Shown one piece after another: positions 1-9,563 of a DNA stretch of 24,000 bases (position 1 is its first letter; each line of letters begins with the position of its first letter). A program made the position numbers and the translations under genes. Source of the stretch: Heyndrickxia faecalis (lineage in GTDB: Bacteria; Bacillota; Bacilli; Bacillales; Bacillaceae_C); NCBI RefSeq assembly GCF_018101145.1, contig NZ_JAGQEI010000001.1; one strand, given 5' to 3'. The notes below the pieces were generated by a model. That model saw only the letters and a list, made by a program, of their open reading frames with translations, ran no database searches and was not told the DNA's origin.

Positions 1-129
1 CGGGATTATGTTCTATGACCATATTAACAAGGACAATCCGTTCGCCCTTCCTGCAAACACGGATATCCGGAGCGTGTATGAATAAACAGCTTGCGCAAAC
101 GGCAGCCTGCCCGGCTGCCGTTTGATGCA

Positions 130-450
130 TTATTCTCTTGTGCGGAAATAAGCATTCAGCTGGCCGCGGATGACTTGTTCGCGCATCGTGCGTTCATTGT
201 ATTTTTTCTCTTTCATATATTCTTTGCGGATTTCCGCAGTCTGGATGCCTTCTTCACGTTTATTGGCGATGTCCATCAGGCGTTCAACATCGGTAAATGA
301 ATATTTCCGGATCCCTCTGTTTGTCCGTTCCGGGAAAATCAATTTCCTTTCTTCATAGTAGCGGATTCTTCTTTCACTTAAGCCGGTTAATTCACATACC
401 GTTCCGATCGAGATGACTTTCTTTTCCAAGTATGATTCATTCGTTGCCAC
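130..450 (-). CDS. tnrA: MerR-family nitrogen regulator TnrA
   Basis: Translation [74 protein letters not shown]...[14 protein letters not shown] closely resembles Bacillus TnrA, including the short C-terminal GQLNAHFR-like tail that distinguishes it from longer GlnR. The ORF track opens at 495 with TTG, but a strong RBS (AAAGGGAGG) precedes a GTG at 450. Confidence 0.88.
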   Translation of the reverse strand: MATNESYLEKKVISIGTVCELTGLSERRIRYYEERKLIFPERTNRGIRKYSFTDVERLMDIANKREEGIQTAEIRKEYMKEKKYNERTMREQVIRGQLNAYFRTRE

Positions 451-483
451 CGGTGCATCCTCCCTTTGTAAGGTGTTTTTATT

Positions 484-489
484 AATATA
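484..489 (-). promoter_or_regulatory. Candidate -10 element (TATATT) of the tnrA promoter
   Basis: Minus-strand ...TTGGTATATATTAAT... lies about 35 nt upstream of the GTG start. Confidence 0.45.
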
Positions 490-518
490 TACCAAAAAAG
501 CCGTTTAGACCATCTTTG

Positions 519-535
519 TGTAAGAAAACTTGACA
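519..535 (-). promoter_or_regulatory. TnrA/GlnR binding box upstream of tnrA
   Basis: Minus strand TGTCAAGTTTTCTTACA matches TGTNANAWWWTMTNACA with one mismatch (A7 to G) and keeps the full TGTNA-N7-TNACA core. Confidence 0.75.
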
Positions 536-815
536 AAAATATACGTATTTTTCATCGGCACGTGAGATTACATAACAGCAGTCCTTTGATGTTCATTTTG
601 GATTGCTCTTACGCGGAGTTGAGTTCTTTCCAATTTATCCATATAATAATTCAAGACTGGTTTCTCTGCAGGAATGGCGGCTTCCCGTGGCCGGCTTAAA
701 AGCGGGACAGACAGTTTCCCGTGCGCTTCCCCGGCCGGCAGGGGTTAAAGTGCATACAGGAAAGAACGGAAAGACGGTGAATGCTTTCGCCATAACCGAA
801 AGGGGAGTAGCACAG

Positions 816-1511
816 ATGAAATCATCCAGGCTCATTTTTGCAGCAATCGTATTGATCGTCATGTTGCTCGCCTTAAATGAGTATCTGACCCATAAAGAAT
901 CGGCCCAAAAATCCGCGCAAAATAACGCTGCTGCCAAAAAACTGCTCGATGTGCCGATTATCAGGCAAATGGATGCGCCCCGCCTTTATAACGGCTGTGA
1001 AGTGACAAGCCTCGCGATGCTGCTTGTCGATAACGGTTTTCATGTGACCAAGAATCAATTGGCGGAAGAAATCAAGTATGTGCCGTTTACCTATAAAAAC
1101 GGGCAGCACGGCAATCCGAACGCAGGTTTTGTCGGGAACATGGAGGATGGTCCCGGGTATGGCGTGTACCACGGCCCTGTTTTTGAACTGGCCAAAAAAT
1201 ATGCCGGCAAAAGAGCGGCGGATTTAACGGGACAGCCTTTTTCAAAAATCCTGGAAAATGTTGAGGAAGGGCATGCTGTCTGGGTGATTACGACAGCCCG
1301 GTTTCAGCCGGTTTCTGATTTCAAAACATGGGACACGCCCCAGGGAAGTATTAACATCACATACAGCGAACACAGTGTTGTCATTACAGGGTACGATCCA
1401 GGCCATATTTATGTGAATGACCCGTATGGAACAAAAAATAAGCAGCTTGGCCGTGAAGCATTTGAGAAAGCGTGGAAGCAGATGGGCAGCCAGGCCATTG
1501 TGATCCGGTGA
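816..1511 (+). CDS. Membrane-anchored C39-like (Peptidase_C39_2) domain protein
   Basis: ATG at 816 is preceded by AGGGGAG and encodes an N-terminal hydrophobic helix (SSRLIFAAIVLIVMLLAL), then a papain-like/C39 domain: LDVPIIRQMDAPRLYNGCEVTSLAMLL ... HSVVITGYDPGHIYVNDPYG. The track start at 603 is probably overextended. Confidence 0.75.
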   Translation: MKSSRLIFAAIVLIVMLLALNEYLTHKESAQKSAQNNAAAKKLLDVPIIRQMDAPRLYNGCEVTSLAMLLVDNGFHVTKNQLAEEIKYVPFTYKNGQHGNPNAGFVGNMEDGPGYGVYHGPVFELAKKYAGKRAADLTGQPFSKILENVEEGHAVWVITTARFQPVSDFKTWDTPQGSINITYSEHSVVITGYDPGHIYVNDPYGTKNKQLGREAFEKAWKQMGSQAIVIR

Positions 1512-1772
1512 ACAAAAAGCCTGACGGAAAACGAGCTTCAAAGTTGTTGGATTGCCCGAAAAAGCGCAAAAAGCGGCCGCCCGTGAATGTATGCTTGTAT
1601 AAGGCCCGGCATGTCCGGTTATATTATCCAAAAATGGCCCGTGTGTGTGCGTGTTGCGTTTAAACCTTGAAAGGCAGAGCGATTTTTTTATTTTCATTTC
1701 ATGGCTGTTTGCGCTTTCCTTTATAATTCTTTAAGACTGTTATAAAATCAAAGTAAAGGCAGGTGCAGAGGT

Positions 1773-2459
1773 ATGGACGGGAAAAAGATGGCCGGGGAGA
1801 AAGCAGCGGAACTCGTAGAAGATGGAATGATTGTCGGGCTTGGGACCGGCTCAACTGTTTATTACACGATAAAAAAATTAGGGGAACGGGTGCAAAGCGG
1901 CCTGCACATCACCGGTGTGCCCACCTCGCGTGCGACAGAAAAACTTGCGCGCGAATGCGGCATTCCGATAGCAGACTTGAACGACACGGCACAAATGGAT
2001 GTGACCATTGACGGGGCCGATGAAGTGGACCCTTCCTTAAATGGCATTAAAGGCGGCGGCGGGGCGTTGTTGTTTGAAAAGCTGGTGGCAAAGGCATCAA
2101 AAAGAAATATCTGGGTGGTGGATTCCCGGAAAATGGTTCAACAACTTGGCGCTTTTCCGCTGCCGGTGGAAGTGGTCCCGTTCGGATACAAGCATTTGAT
2201 GAAAACGTTTGAGCGGGAAGGATTAAACCCTGTCCTCCGGATGAAAGAAGGCCGGCCGTATGTAACAGACGGCGGCCACTATATCGTGGATATAAAGCTC
2301 AAATCGCCTGATATCGGCGCGTTTGGAGCCTGGCTTGATGGTTACACAGGTGTTGTTGAACACGGGCTTTTTCTCGGCATTTGCGATCTTGTTGTCATCG
2401 GGGACGGCAGCAAGGTATATACCAAGAACCGGGCGGAGGCAAAGAATATTATTTTGTGA
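1773..2459 (+). CDS. rpiA: Ribose-5-phosphate isomerase A
   Basis: Family motifs GMIVGLGTGSTVYYTIKKLGERV, DVTIDGADEVDPSLNGIKGGGGALLFEKLVA and GVVEHGLFLGICDLVVIGDG. Confidence 0.95.
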   Translation: MDGKKMAGEKAAELVEDGMIVGLGTGSTVYYTIKKLGERVQSGLHITGVPTSRATEKLARECGIPIADLNDTAQMDVTIDGADEVDPSLNGIKGGGGALLFEKLVAKASKRNIWVVDSRKMVQQLGAFPLPVEVVPFGYKHLMKTFEREGLNPVLRMKEGRPYVTDGGHYIVDIKLKSPDIGAFGAWLDGYTGVVEHGLFLGICDLVVIGDGSKVYTKNRAEAKNIIL

Positions 2460-2511
2460 AAAACATCCGTATGGGAGACCATACAGAAATTTTAATTTCG
2501 GAGGAAGATTG

Positions 2512-3699
2512 ATGTATCGTTTATTAACCCATAATGACCTGGACGGGCTTGGCTGTGGGATTCTTGCCAGGCTTGCATTCGGAAAAGACATTGAAATCCA
2601 GTATAATTCTGTGTCCGGTTTAAATCCCCAGGTTGAAGCTTTTTTGAAAAAGGAACATAAAGAAGACATACTGTGGATTACCGATTTATCGGTCAACGAA
2701 AAAAATGCGGAGCTCCTTGATGCCTATGCCGCACAGGGCGGAAAAGTGAAACTGATTGACCACCATAAAAGCGCGCTTCACTTAAATGAGCATGAATGGG
2801 CTTCTGTCCAGGTGGAGGAAGACGGCAAACAGGCAAGCGCCACTTCTTTGTTTTATCGGTATCTGCAAGCGGAAGGAAAAATCAACCCGACAGGTGCTGT
2901 TGACGCGTTTGTCGAACTTGTCCGGCAAATGGATACATGGGAATGGGAACGCAACGGGAATATGCAGGCCAAAAAATTAAATGATCTTTTCTATCTGTAT
3001 CCGATCGAAGAGTTTGAAGAGATTTTGCTACATAAACTTAGCGGCAGTGAAACGTTTTCATTTGATGATTTGGAAGAAAAAATACTTGATCTGGAAGAGA
3101 AAAAAATCGAAAGATATATAAATGGAAAAAAGCGGGAAGTCTACCAGGCTGTGATTGACGGTTATTATGCAGGCGTTATTCATGCCGAGTCGCATCATTC
3201 CGAATTGGGGAATGCCGTTGCAAAAGAATACCCGCATCTCGATTATATCGCCATTTGCATGGTCGGAAAGAAACGGATCAGTTTCAGGACGATTCATGAC
3301 CATATTGACGTATCGGAAATTGCCAAAAAATACGACGGGGGCGGGCACAAAAAAGCATCGGGGGCCGTGCTGACGGAAGAGGCGTTCCGGCAGTTTGTCG
3401 TCGAAACGTTTAAAACAGAACCGCTGAAACGCGATTTTGCCCATAACCAGTCCAATATCAAAGGGCAGGAAGCGGGATGTTTATACCAAAACCGCAGCGG
3501 GGAACCAATCTTTATTTATAAAGACCCTCAAAAAGGCTGGGCGATCGAAGCAAGAGGCTTAAAGCAGTCTCCTTCTTTTTCTGCCTTTGAAGAAGCGGAA
3601 AAATTTGTAAAGCGCCAGTTCCAAGCATGGCTTACCCACGATGAGGCGTATTTGGAATATATGGACAAAAAGAAAAAAAGAAGCGAAAGTGGTTTGTAA
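2512..3699 (+). CDS. nrnB: DHH/DHHA1 phosphoesterase, NrnB-like oligoribonuclease
   Basis: THNDLDGLGCG, WITDLSVN, LIDHHKSA and YDGGGHKKASGA motifs. ATG at 2512 follows GGAGGAAG. Length and layout resemble B. subtilis NrnB (YngD). Confidence 0.8.
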   Translation: MYRLLTHNDLDGLGCGILARLAFGKDIEIQYNSVSGLNPQVEAFLKKEHKEDILWITDLSVNEKNAELLDAYAAQGGKVKLIDHHKSALHLNEHEWASVQVEEDGKQASATSLFYRYLQAEGKINPTGAVDAFVELVRQMDTWEWERNGNMQAKKLNDLFYLYPIEEFEEILLHKLSGSETFSFDDLEEKILDLEEKKIERYINGKKREVYQAVIDGYYAGVIHAESHHSELGNAVAKEYPHLDYIAICMVGKKRISFRTIHDHIDVSEIAKKYDGGGHKKASGAVLTEEAFRQFVVETFKTEPLKRDFAHNQSNIKGQEAGCLYQNRSGEPIFIYKDPQKGWAIEARGLKQSPSFSAFEEAEKFVKRQFQAWLTHDEAYLEYMDKKKKRSESGL

Positions 3700-3703
3700 A
3701 GCT

Positions 3704-3727
3704 GCCCGGTGATGCCGGGCTTTTTTT
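3704..3727 (+). terminator. Rho-independent terminator of the nrnB-like gene
   Basis: GCCCGG-TGATG-CCGGGC followed by TTTTTTT. Confidence 0.85.
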
Positions 3728-3813
3728 CGTGCAGGTATAGAGCCGGTTGCGGCCAATTTGCACGAAAAAAAAGCGCGGCCTGCAACTTAGGTTTGCCGGG
3801 GAAAAAGAGGCTT

Positions 3814-3848
3814 AAAAAAGGCGCATCCGCGTTTGGATGCGCCTTTTT
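3814..3848 (-). terminator. Terminator of the ndh operon (possibly bidirectional)
   Basis: GGCGCATCC-GCGTTT-GGATGCGCC flanked by an A tract on the left and a T tract on the right. Confidence 0.85.
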
Positions 3849-3850
3849 CC

Positions 3851-5032
3851 TTAATATACAAGTGAGAATAACCCGTTAATATGGGCCAGGTAACGAATAT
3901 TGCTTGCTTCTTTCATAGCGGAAGCAGGGAAGCCTTTTAATTGCGTTTGGTTTTCCCCGATAAATGCAATGGCATCTTTTCTGCCGAGGCTTGCAAGCGT
4001 ACCGGAATTGATCGGGTGGAACGTCTGCATTTTCCCGCCTTTTAAATAAGCAGAAAGATTATAGCCAATCAATTCTCCCATTTGCCACGACATTTGTGCT
4101 GTTGGCGGATAAGGGCGTGCGCCTTCTGACGGGAAGACAACCGCGCTGTCGCCTGCAACAAACACATCCGGATGGGAAGTGGATTGCAAATAGGCGTTTA
4201 CGGTTGCACGCCCGCGGTTTACTTCAATCCCGGAATTCGCAACGACACGGTTTCCTTGCACGCCGCCCGTCCAGACAAGCGTTTTTGTTTCGATTTTCTG
4301 GCCGTCTTTTAATTCCACGACATTATCCTGGAATTTCGTAACAGGGATGCCTGTCAAAAATTGCACACCACGCGCTTCCAGGCTCTTCGTTGCCCGCTCA
4401 ATTAGATTTGGCGCGAAGTTCGGCAAAATGGAAGGCGCCGCTTCGACACAAATAAGCGAGATTTCAGAAGGGTCGATCGCAAATTTTTTCGACCATGCCG
4501 GCACCTTGTCCGCCAGCTCGCCAACCAGTTCAATCCCGGTCAGGCCGCCACCGCCGACAACAAATGTGGCATCCGCTTTGTTTTTCGTTTTGACATACTG
4601 CGCAAGGCAGGACTCGATATGGGCATGAATGCGTTTCGCATCGTCCACTGATTTTAACAGAAAGCTGTTTTCTTCAAGGCCCGGAATGCCGAAGAAAGCT
4701 GTTTCGCTGCCGAGTGCGACAACGAGCACATCGTAATTCAGCTTAAAGCCGCTTCCGAGCGATACTTCTTTCGAATCAGGCGAGATTTTTGTGACTTCAT
4801 CCACCTGAACGTCGACATCTTTACCTTTAAACAGTTTTCTGAGCGGAAGCGACACCCGTTTTTCAGAAACGCCGCCCGCCGCCAGACGGTGCAATTCCGT
4901 AATAATTTGATGGTCCGGCACACGGTTTACGACCGTGATCGCTGCATCGTCTTTTGACAAATATTCACGCGCTGATAACGCAGATAACAGGCCGCCATAA
5001 CCGGCCCCTAAAATGACAATTTTTTTACTCAT
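3851..5032 (-). CDS. ndh: Type II NADH dehydrogenase (NDH-2)
   Basis: KKIVILGAGYGGLLSAL, VVGGGGLTGIELVGELAD, LVWTGGVQGN, DVFVAGDSAVV and YPPTAQMSWQMG. Resembles B. subtilis YjlD/Ndh. Confidence 0.93.
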   Translation of the reverse strand: MSKKIVILGAGYGGLLSALSAREYLSKDDAAITVVNRVPDHQIITELHRLAAGGVSEKRVSLPLRKLFKGKDVDVQVDEVTKISPDSKEVSLGSGFKLNYDVLVVALGSETAFFGIPGLEENSFLLKSVDDAKRIHAHIESCLAQYVKTKNKADATFVVGGGGLTGIELVGELADKVPAWSKKFAIDPSEISLICVEAAPSILPNFAPNLIERATKSLEARGVQFLTGIPVTKFQDNVVELKDGQKIETKTLVWTGGVQGNRVVANSGIEVNRGRATVNAYLQSTSHPDVFVAGDSAVVFPSEGARPYPPTAQMSWQMGELIGYNLSAYLKGGKMQTFHPINSGTLASLGRKDAIAFIGENQTQLKGFPASAMKEASNIRYLAHINGLFSLVY

Positions 5033-5066
5033 ATGGATCCCCCGTTTTCATTAGTTCTCATTCACC

Positions 5067-5516
5067 TTACTGCTGTTTGCTGCGTTCTTCCGCGACTGCA
5101 AGATAAGACTGCAGGAAACGGAACAGCTTCTGGGCTTGCGGATCTTTCAGCAACCTCAACAGGCCGAACAATCCGATTGTGTCTGTGGACGTCTCGGCAC
5201 GGTCTTTTGCTTCAATCGCAGTTTGGGCAAGCCCCTTTGCTTTTTCGGCAACGGGATCCAGAAAGCCTAGAAATCCGCCTTTAAAATCATTGACCAGCAC
5301 TTTATCTGTCATAATGGATTGCGCAAAATCATAGGCTTTGTTTAACATGGTGACCAGTTCGGCCATTTTCGGCAGGCTTTCAACCAACACCGTCAAAGAT
5401 TGCTGGATTTCCGGATCCAATAATTGATCCAGCAAATCTTTCTGTACGACTGCCGTTTCCGGGGTTACTTCCGGTTTTTCTTCAGGATTGCCTTTTTGAG
5501 CTGAAGTTTCTGCCAT
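5067..5516 (-). CDS. yjlC: DUF1641-family protein, YjlC-like
   Basis: PEIQQSLTVLVESLPKMAELVTMLNKAYDFAQSIMTDKVL ... TIGLFGLLRLLKDPQAQKLFRFLQSYL. It sits directly upstream of ndh as in B. subtilis yjlC-yjlD. Confidence 0.8.
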   Translation of the reverse strand: MAETSAQKGNPEEKPEVTPETAVVQKDLLDQLLDPEIQQSLTVLVESLPKMAELVTMLNKAYDFAQSIMTDKVLVNDFKGGFLGFLDPVAEKAKGLAQTAIEAKDRAETSTDTIGLFGLLRLLKDPQAQKLFRFLQSYLAVAEERSKQQ

Positions 5517-5828
5517 CTTCTATTTCTCCTTTTCTGATGGAATTCCCACACATATGTAGATGCAAAAAAATATACGGGTTCCCTGATTCCCCCCTCCTAA
5601 TTGTGAATTTCCTCCCATAATTACGTACCAAGATTCACAAAGAAAGGTGATGAAACCTCATACATGACTAGTATATCAAATTTTCACCGTATAGAAAGTA
5701 ATTTGCTTTCCATTTTCGGGGGAAATCCGCATGTAAGCTTATTTTCTGTCCCGGCTGCCTGGGTTATGCATAGCAAAATATTTTGCTTGCATTTCTGCGA
5801 CTGCTGTTGTAAGATAATTAAAAATACT

Positions 5829-6065
5829 GAACGTGAACGAAGGAATAGTAGGCGGATCACCCTTGCATAAGAGAGCGGCACCCACAGGCTGAAAGGTGCA
5901 GCAGCAGGCGGCCTGCCGAACCTGCCTTCCGAGTCCCGGAAAACCGGGCGCAAAGTTTTGCGTTATCAAAAAAGAGCGGGGCGCAAATGTCGCCCAAAAA
6001 AGGTGGTACCGCGAAAAGCAAGGCCTTTTCGTCCTTTTTACAGGGACGGAAAGGCCTTTTTGTTT
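5829..6065 (+). promoter_or_regulatory. T-box leader, proline-specific by inferred CCU specifier, upstream of proBA
   Basis: Stem I AGTA motif (5847-5850), candidate specifier CCT at 5921-5923 in GCCGAA-CCT-GCC, T-box AGGTGGTACCGCG at 6001-6013, then terminator hairpin AAGGCCTTTTCGTCC...GGGACGGAAAGGCC-TTTTT. Confidence 0.95.
6020..6065 (+). terminator. T-box-controlled terminator
   Basis: AAGGCCTTTTCGTCC-TTTTTACA-GGGACGGAAAGGCCTTTTTG immediately 3' of the T-box sequence. Confidence 0.9.
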
Positions 6066-6092
6066 CACCTTTTTTAGAAGGAGAGAAAAGCC

Positions 6093-7187
6093 ATGGAGAA
6101 AAACAGAGTCGTCGTAAAAATCGGAAGCAGTTCTTTAACAAATGACGCCGGTGAAATCGATGAACAGAAGTTTGCCGATCATATCGGCGCCCTTGTCGCA
6201 TTGCACAAAGCCGGGCATGAGGTGGTCGTCGTTTCATCCGGCGCCGTCGCGTGCGGGTTCCGGCTGCTCGGTTACCCGGCGCGGCCCGTCACGTTAAAAG
6301 GGAAGCAGGCTGCTGCTGCTATCGGCCAGAGTGTGCTCATCCAGCGTTACAGGGAAGCGCTCGGTGCTTACGGCTTAATACCGGCGCAAATTTTGTTGAC
6401 CCGGAAAGATTTTTCCACAAAAGACCGGTACCATAACGCTTATTCAACGATAACAGAGCTTTTGCGCCGCGGCGTCATCCCGGTTATCAATGAGAATGAT
6501 TCCGTGTCGGTCTCAGAACTGACTTTCGGCGATAATGATATGCTGTCAGCGCTTGTCAGCGGGCTTGTCCACGCCGGATGTCTCATCATTTTAACGGATG
6601 TAAATGGGCTGTACAGCACGAATCCAAAATACGACCGTTGTGCGCAGCGCATTGATTTTATCGATCATATTACGCCCGAGATGATGAAAATGGCTGGAGG
6701 CGCCGGGTCGAAAGCAGGAACAGGCGGCATGTTGTCAAAGTTAAAAGCCGCAAATACAGCGGTCTCCCTCGGCGTCCGGGTGTTTATTGGAAAAGGAAAA
6801 GGGTGCGATAAACTCGTCAGGATACTCGAAGGAAAAGGGGACGGCACGTATATCGGAGCCGCCCGCCCGGCTGTAAAGAGCCGGAAACAATGGATCGCGC
6901 TGTTTTCGGAAAGTGCCGGAAAAATATACATTGACCGCGGCGCGGAACAGGCTTTGCTGCAAAAAGGGAGTAGCCTGCTTCCGGCAGGCATTCAAAAAAT
7001 TTCCGGCACATTCCAAAAAGGCGATGTCGTGGACGTCTACGGCGCAAAAGGGCTGCTTGGAAAAGGGGAAGTGCTTTACGGTGCAGAAGAGCTGTTGCGC
7101 GTGCTTATGAGGCCTAGCGGGCGGGCAGCAGAAGAAGTCATTCACCGCGATCATTGGGTGCCTTTAAACAGAAAGGGGCTGGGTTAA
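6093..7187 (+). CDS. proB: Glutamate 5-kinase (with C-terminal PUA-like domain)
   Basis: VVVKIGSSSL, VVVSSGAVACG, NENDSVSV, FGDNDMLSALV, TDVNGLY, GTGGMLSKLKAA. Located directly upstream of proA. Confidence 0.95.
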   Translation: MEKNRVVVKIGSSSLTNDAGEIDEQKFADHIGALVALHKAGHEVVVVSSGAVACGFRLLGYPARPVTLKGKQAAAAIGQSVLIQRYREALGAYGLIPAQILLTRKDFSTKDRYHNAYSTITELLRRGVIPVINENDSVSVSELTFGDNDMLSALVSGLVHAGCLIILTDVNGLYSTNPKYDRCAQRIDFIDHITPEMMKMAGGAGSKAGTGGMLSKLKAANTAVSLGVRVFIGKGKGCDKLVRILEGKGDGTYIGAARPAVKSRKQWIALFSESAGKIYIDRGAEQALLQKGSSLLPAGIQKISGTFQKGDVVDVYGAKGLLGKGEVLYGAEELLRVLMRPSGRAAEEVIHRDHWVPLNRKGLG

Positions 7188-8435
7188 ATGTCTGAAGCCG
7201 CAGAAAAAGGAAAAAAAGCGAAGAATATCAGCATGGTACTCGCCAAAAAAACAACGGAAGAAAAAAACAAAGCGCTTTTGGCGATTGCCCGTGTTTTGCT
7301 TGAGGACCGGGAAACGATCATTTTCGAAAACAAAAAAGACCTCAGGCGGGGGAGCCGGGCGGGCCTTCCGGAAAATATACTCGACAGGATGATGCTGAAC
7401 GAGAAGCGGATCCATGATATGTCAGAAGCGGTCCGGCTGCTTGTGAAATTAAGAGATCCGGTCGGGGAAACGGTCGAGGAAATCAAGAAAGAAAACGGAT
7501 TGCTCATCCTCAAAAAGAAAGTGCCGGTCGGTGTCATCGGCATGATTTACGAAGCGCGCCCGAATGTTACGGTCGATGCTGCCACGCTTGCGATCAAAAC
7601 GGGCAATGCGGTCATTTTAAGGGGAAGCTCGTCTTCCATCTGCTCAAATCAGGCGCTCGTCTCTTCCATTCACCGCGCATTGGCGGAGACAGGCTTTCCT
7701 GAAGATGCCGTCCAGCTCATCGAAGATACAGGCAGGGAGGCGGCAACAGAAATGTTCCACCTTCGTGATTATCTTGATGTCTTGATCCCGAGAGGCGGGA
7801 AAAAGCTGATTGATACTGTTGTCCGCGAAGCTTCTGTACCGGTGATTGAAACCGGGGCGGGCAATTGCCATTTATATATTGACGAAACAGCACAGCCGGA
7901 AATGGCCGTCCGGATCGCAGTCAATGCAAAAACACAGCGCCCATCCGTCTGCAATGCTATCGAAACGCTTTTAATCCATGCGCATTGGCTCGCCCAGCAC
8001 GGTGAAAAGCTGCTTAGCGCACTGGCGGAAAAAGGGGTGGAGATTTACGGAGACGAGCCGGTGCGAAAAATTTTTCCGGCTGCAAAAGAGGCGGCGGAAG
8101 AGGACTGGTATTGCGAATATCTCGCGCTTAAAATCAGCGTCAAAACGGTGGAAGATACAGATGAAGCGATCCGGCACATCAACCGTTACGGCACAAAACA
8201 TTCAGAGGCGATTGTAACAGAAGACGGGGCCCGAGCGGAACATTTCATGTTCATGGTGGATGCCGCCTGTGTTTACCATAATGCGTCCACCCGCTTTACA
8301 GACGGTTTTGAGTTCGGATACGGGGCGGAAATCGGCATCAGCACCCAGAAACTGCATGCCCGCGGTCCGATGGGGCTGGATGCCTTAACGTCCACAAAAT
8401 ATTGGATTTACGGGAGCGGCCAAGTCAGAGAATGA
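7188..8435 (+). CDS. proA: Glutamate-5-semialdehyde dehydrogenase (gamma-glutamyl phosphate reductase)
   Basis: [84 protein letters not shown]. Confidence 0.97.
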   Translation: MSEAAEKGKKAKNISMVLAKKTTEEKNKALLAIARVLLEDRETIIFENKKDLRRGSRAGLPENILDRMMLNEKRIHDMSEAVRLLVKLRDPVGETVEEIKKENGLLILKKKVPVGVIGMIYEARPNVTVDAATLAIKTGNAVILRGSSSSICSNQALVSSIHRALAETGFPEDAVQLIEDTGREAATEMFHLRDYLDVLIPRGGKKLIDTVVREASVPVIETGAGNCHLYIDETAQPEMAVRIAVNAKTQRPSVCNAIETLLIHAHWLAQHGEKLLSALAEKGVEIYGDEPVRKIFPAAKEAAEEDWYCEYLALKISVKTVEDTDEAIRHINRYGTKHSEAIVTEDGARAEHFMFMVDAACVYHNASTRFTDGFEFGYGAEIGISTQKLHARGPMGLDALTSTKYWIYGSGQVRE

Positions 8436-8440
8436 ATGCA

Positions 8441-8470
8441 AAACGGCGCGGCCAGATAGCCGCGCCGTTT
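8441..8470. terminator. Bidirectional terminator between proA and the permease gene
   Basis: AAACGGCGCGG-CCAGATAG-CCGCGCCGTTT, 11-bp perfect stem between convergent genes. Confidence 0.85.
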
Positions 8471-8498
8471 TATTCATATGCTCCGGGCAATCGTTTGG

Positions 8499-9563
8499 TT
8501 AAAAAAACATTCCACATAATCCTGCCACAATCCCGACCACAACACAGGAGGCTGCAACAAACAGAAGGGTTTGTTTTGAAAACGACCGGCCAACCATGAT
8601 CAAGGAAGGAAGGCTGATGGCCGGAAGCGTCACAAGCAGTGCGCTGGCCGGGCCTGTCCCGAGCCCGAAAGCCATCATCGTCTGGACAATCGGAATTTCA
8701 GCCGCTGTCGGAATGACAAACAGCATGCCGGCAAGAGCAAGCAGGATCACCGCCGTAATGCTGTTTCCGGCATGCTGGCCGAATGCCGGAAACAACCAGA
8801 AACGGGCCGCACTTAACACAACAACCGAAAGCAAATAAGCCGGAACAAGATACAGGATCATATTTCCGGCGGCCTTTCCCCATCTTAAGAAAAAGGACCC
8901 GTTGTTTTCTCCGGCATCTGGCTCGAACTGGCGGATGTTCACCGGTTGTTCGTTTTTCACAAGACGGCCCGCCAGCCAGCTGACCCCGAACGTCATGATA
9001 AGCCCTGCGACGATGCGGAGAAGGGTAAATTTCCATGATAATACAAAAGCCATGAAAATCAGCGTTGCCGGATTCAGCATCGGGTTACCAATCCAAAAGG
9101 CGAGTGCCGCAGGTGTGGACACTTGTTTTTTGCGCAGCCCGACTGCAATCGGTGCTGCGCAGCATGTGCACATCATGCCGGGAATGGCGCTCGCTCCGGC
9201 AATGACCGTACTTCCAAATGACGTTTTGCCGAGCACTTTAAGCAGCCATGCAGAAGGCAGGAGCACTTGCACGAGCGAACCGAGCAAAATGCCGAGCACG
9301 GCCGCTTTCCAAACAGCCTGAAAATACGCGATCACATATTGGAAGGTGCCATCCCATGAAAATGATGCCGATTTGCCCGGATCCCCGAGAATCGATGTCC
9401 CGATGGAATGCGTATGGGCGGCAAGCAAAGATTTCTCGTAGTACGGCCACCATTTTACATAAAAAAGGCCGAACGCGGCAATGACGAGAAACAAAACGGC
9501 AAGCCATGCCGCCTTTTTCTCGGATTGCTGTTCAGGTTTTGCCGTATGATTCACAACAGCCAA
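8499..9563 (-). CDS. Permease of the DUF318/UPF0718 (ArsP-like) superfamily
   Basis: Multiple hydrophobic helices. Typical duplicated segments ASAIPGMMCTCCAAPIAVGLRKKQVSTPAALAFWIGNPMLNPATLI and MLFVIPTAAEIPIVQTMMAFGLGTGPASALLVTLPAISLPSLIMV. Confidence 0.75.
   Translation of the reverse strand: MAVVNHTAKPEQQSEKKAAWLAVLFLVIAAFGLFYVKWWPYYEKSLLAAHTHSIGTSILGDPGKSASFSWDGTFQYVIAYFQAVWKAAVLGILLGSLVQVLLPSAWLLKVLGKTSFGSTVIAGASAIPGMMCTCCAAPIAVGLRKKQVSTPAALAFWIGNPMLNPATLIFMAFVLSWKFTLLRIVAGLIMTFGVSWLAGRLVKNEQPVNIRQFEPDAGENNGSFFLRWGKAAGNMILYLVPAYLLSVVVLSAARFWLFPAFGQHAGNSITAVILLALAGMLFVIPTAAEIPIVQTMMAFGLGTGPASALLVTLPAISLPSLIMVGRSFSKQTLLFVAASCVVVGIVAGLCGMFF

Noticed and set aside
603-815. N-terminal extension of the C39-like peptidase ORF (MLLRGVEFFPIYPYNN...)
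   Set aside because: The ATG at 816 has a good RBS (AGGGGAG) and begins directly with a basic residue and membrane anchor. The upstream 71 residues have no protein-like signature.
1472-1663. 63-aa ORF overlapping the end of the peptidase gene
   Set aside because: Mostly an out-of-frame reading of the upstream CDS with no recognised domain or RBS.
6741-7154. Long antisense ORFs inside proB and proA
   Set aside because: Shadow ORFs from GC-biased codon third positions opposite confidently assigned housekeeping genes. No RBS or family signature.
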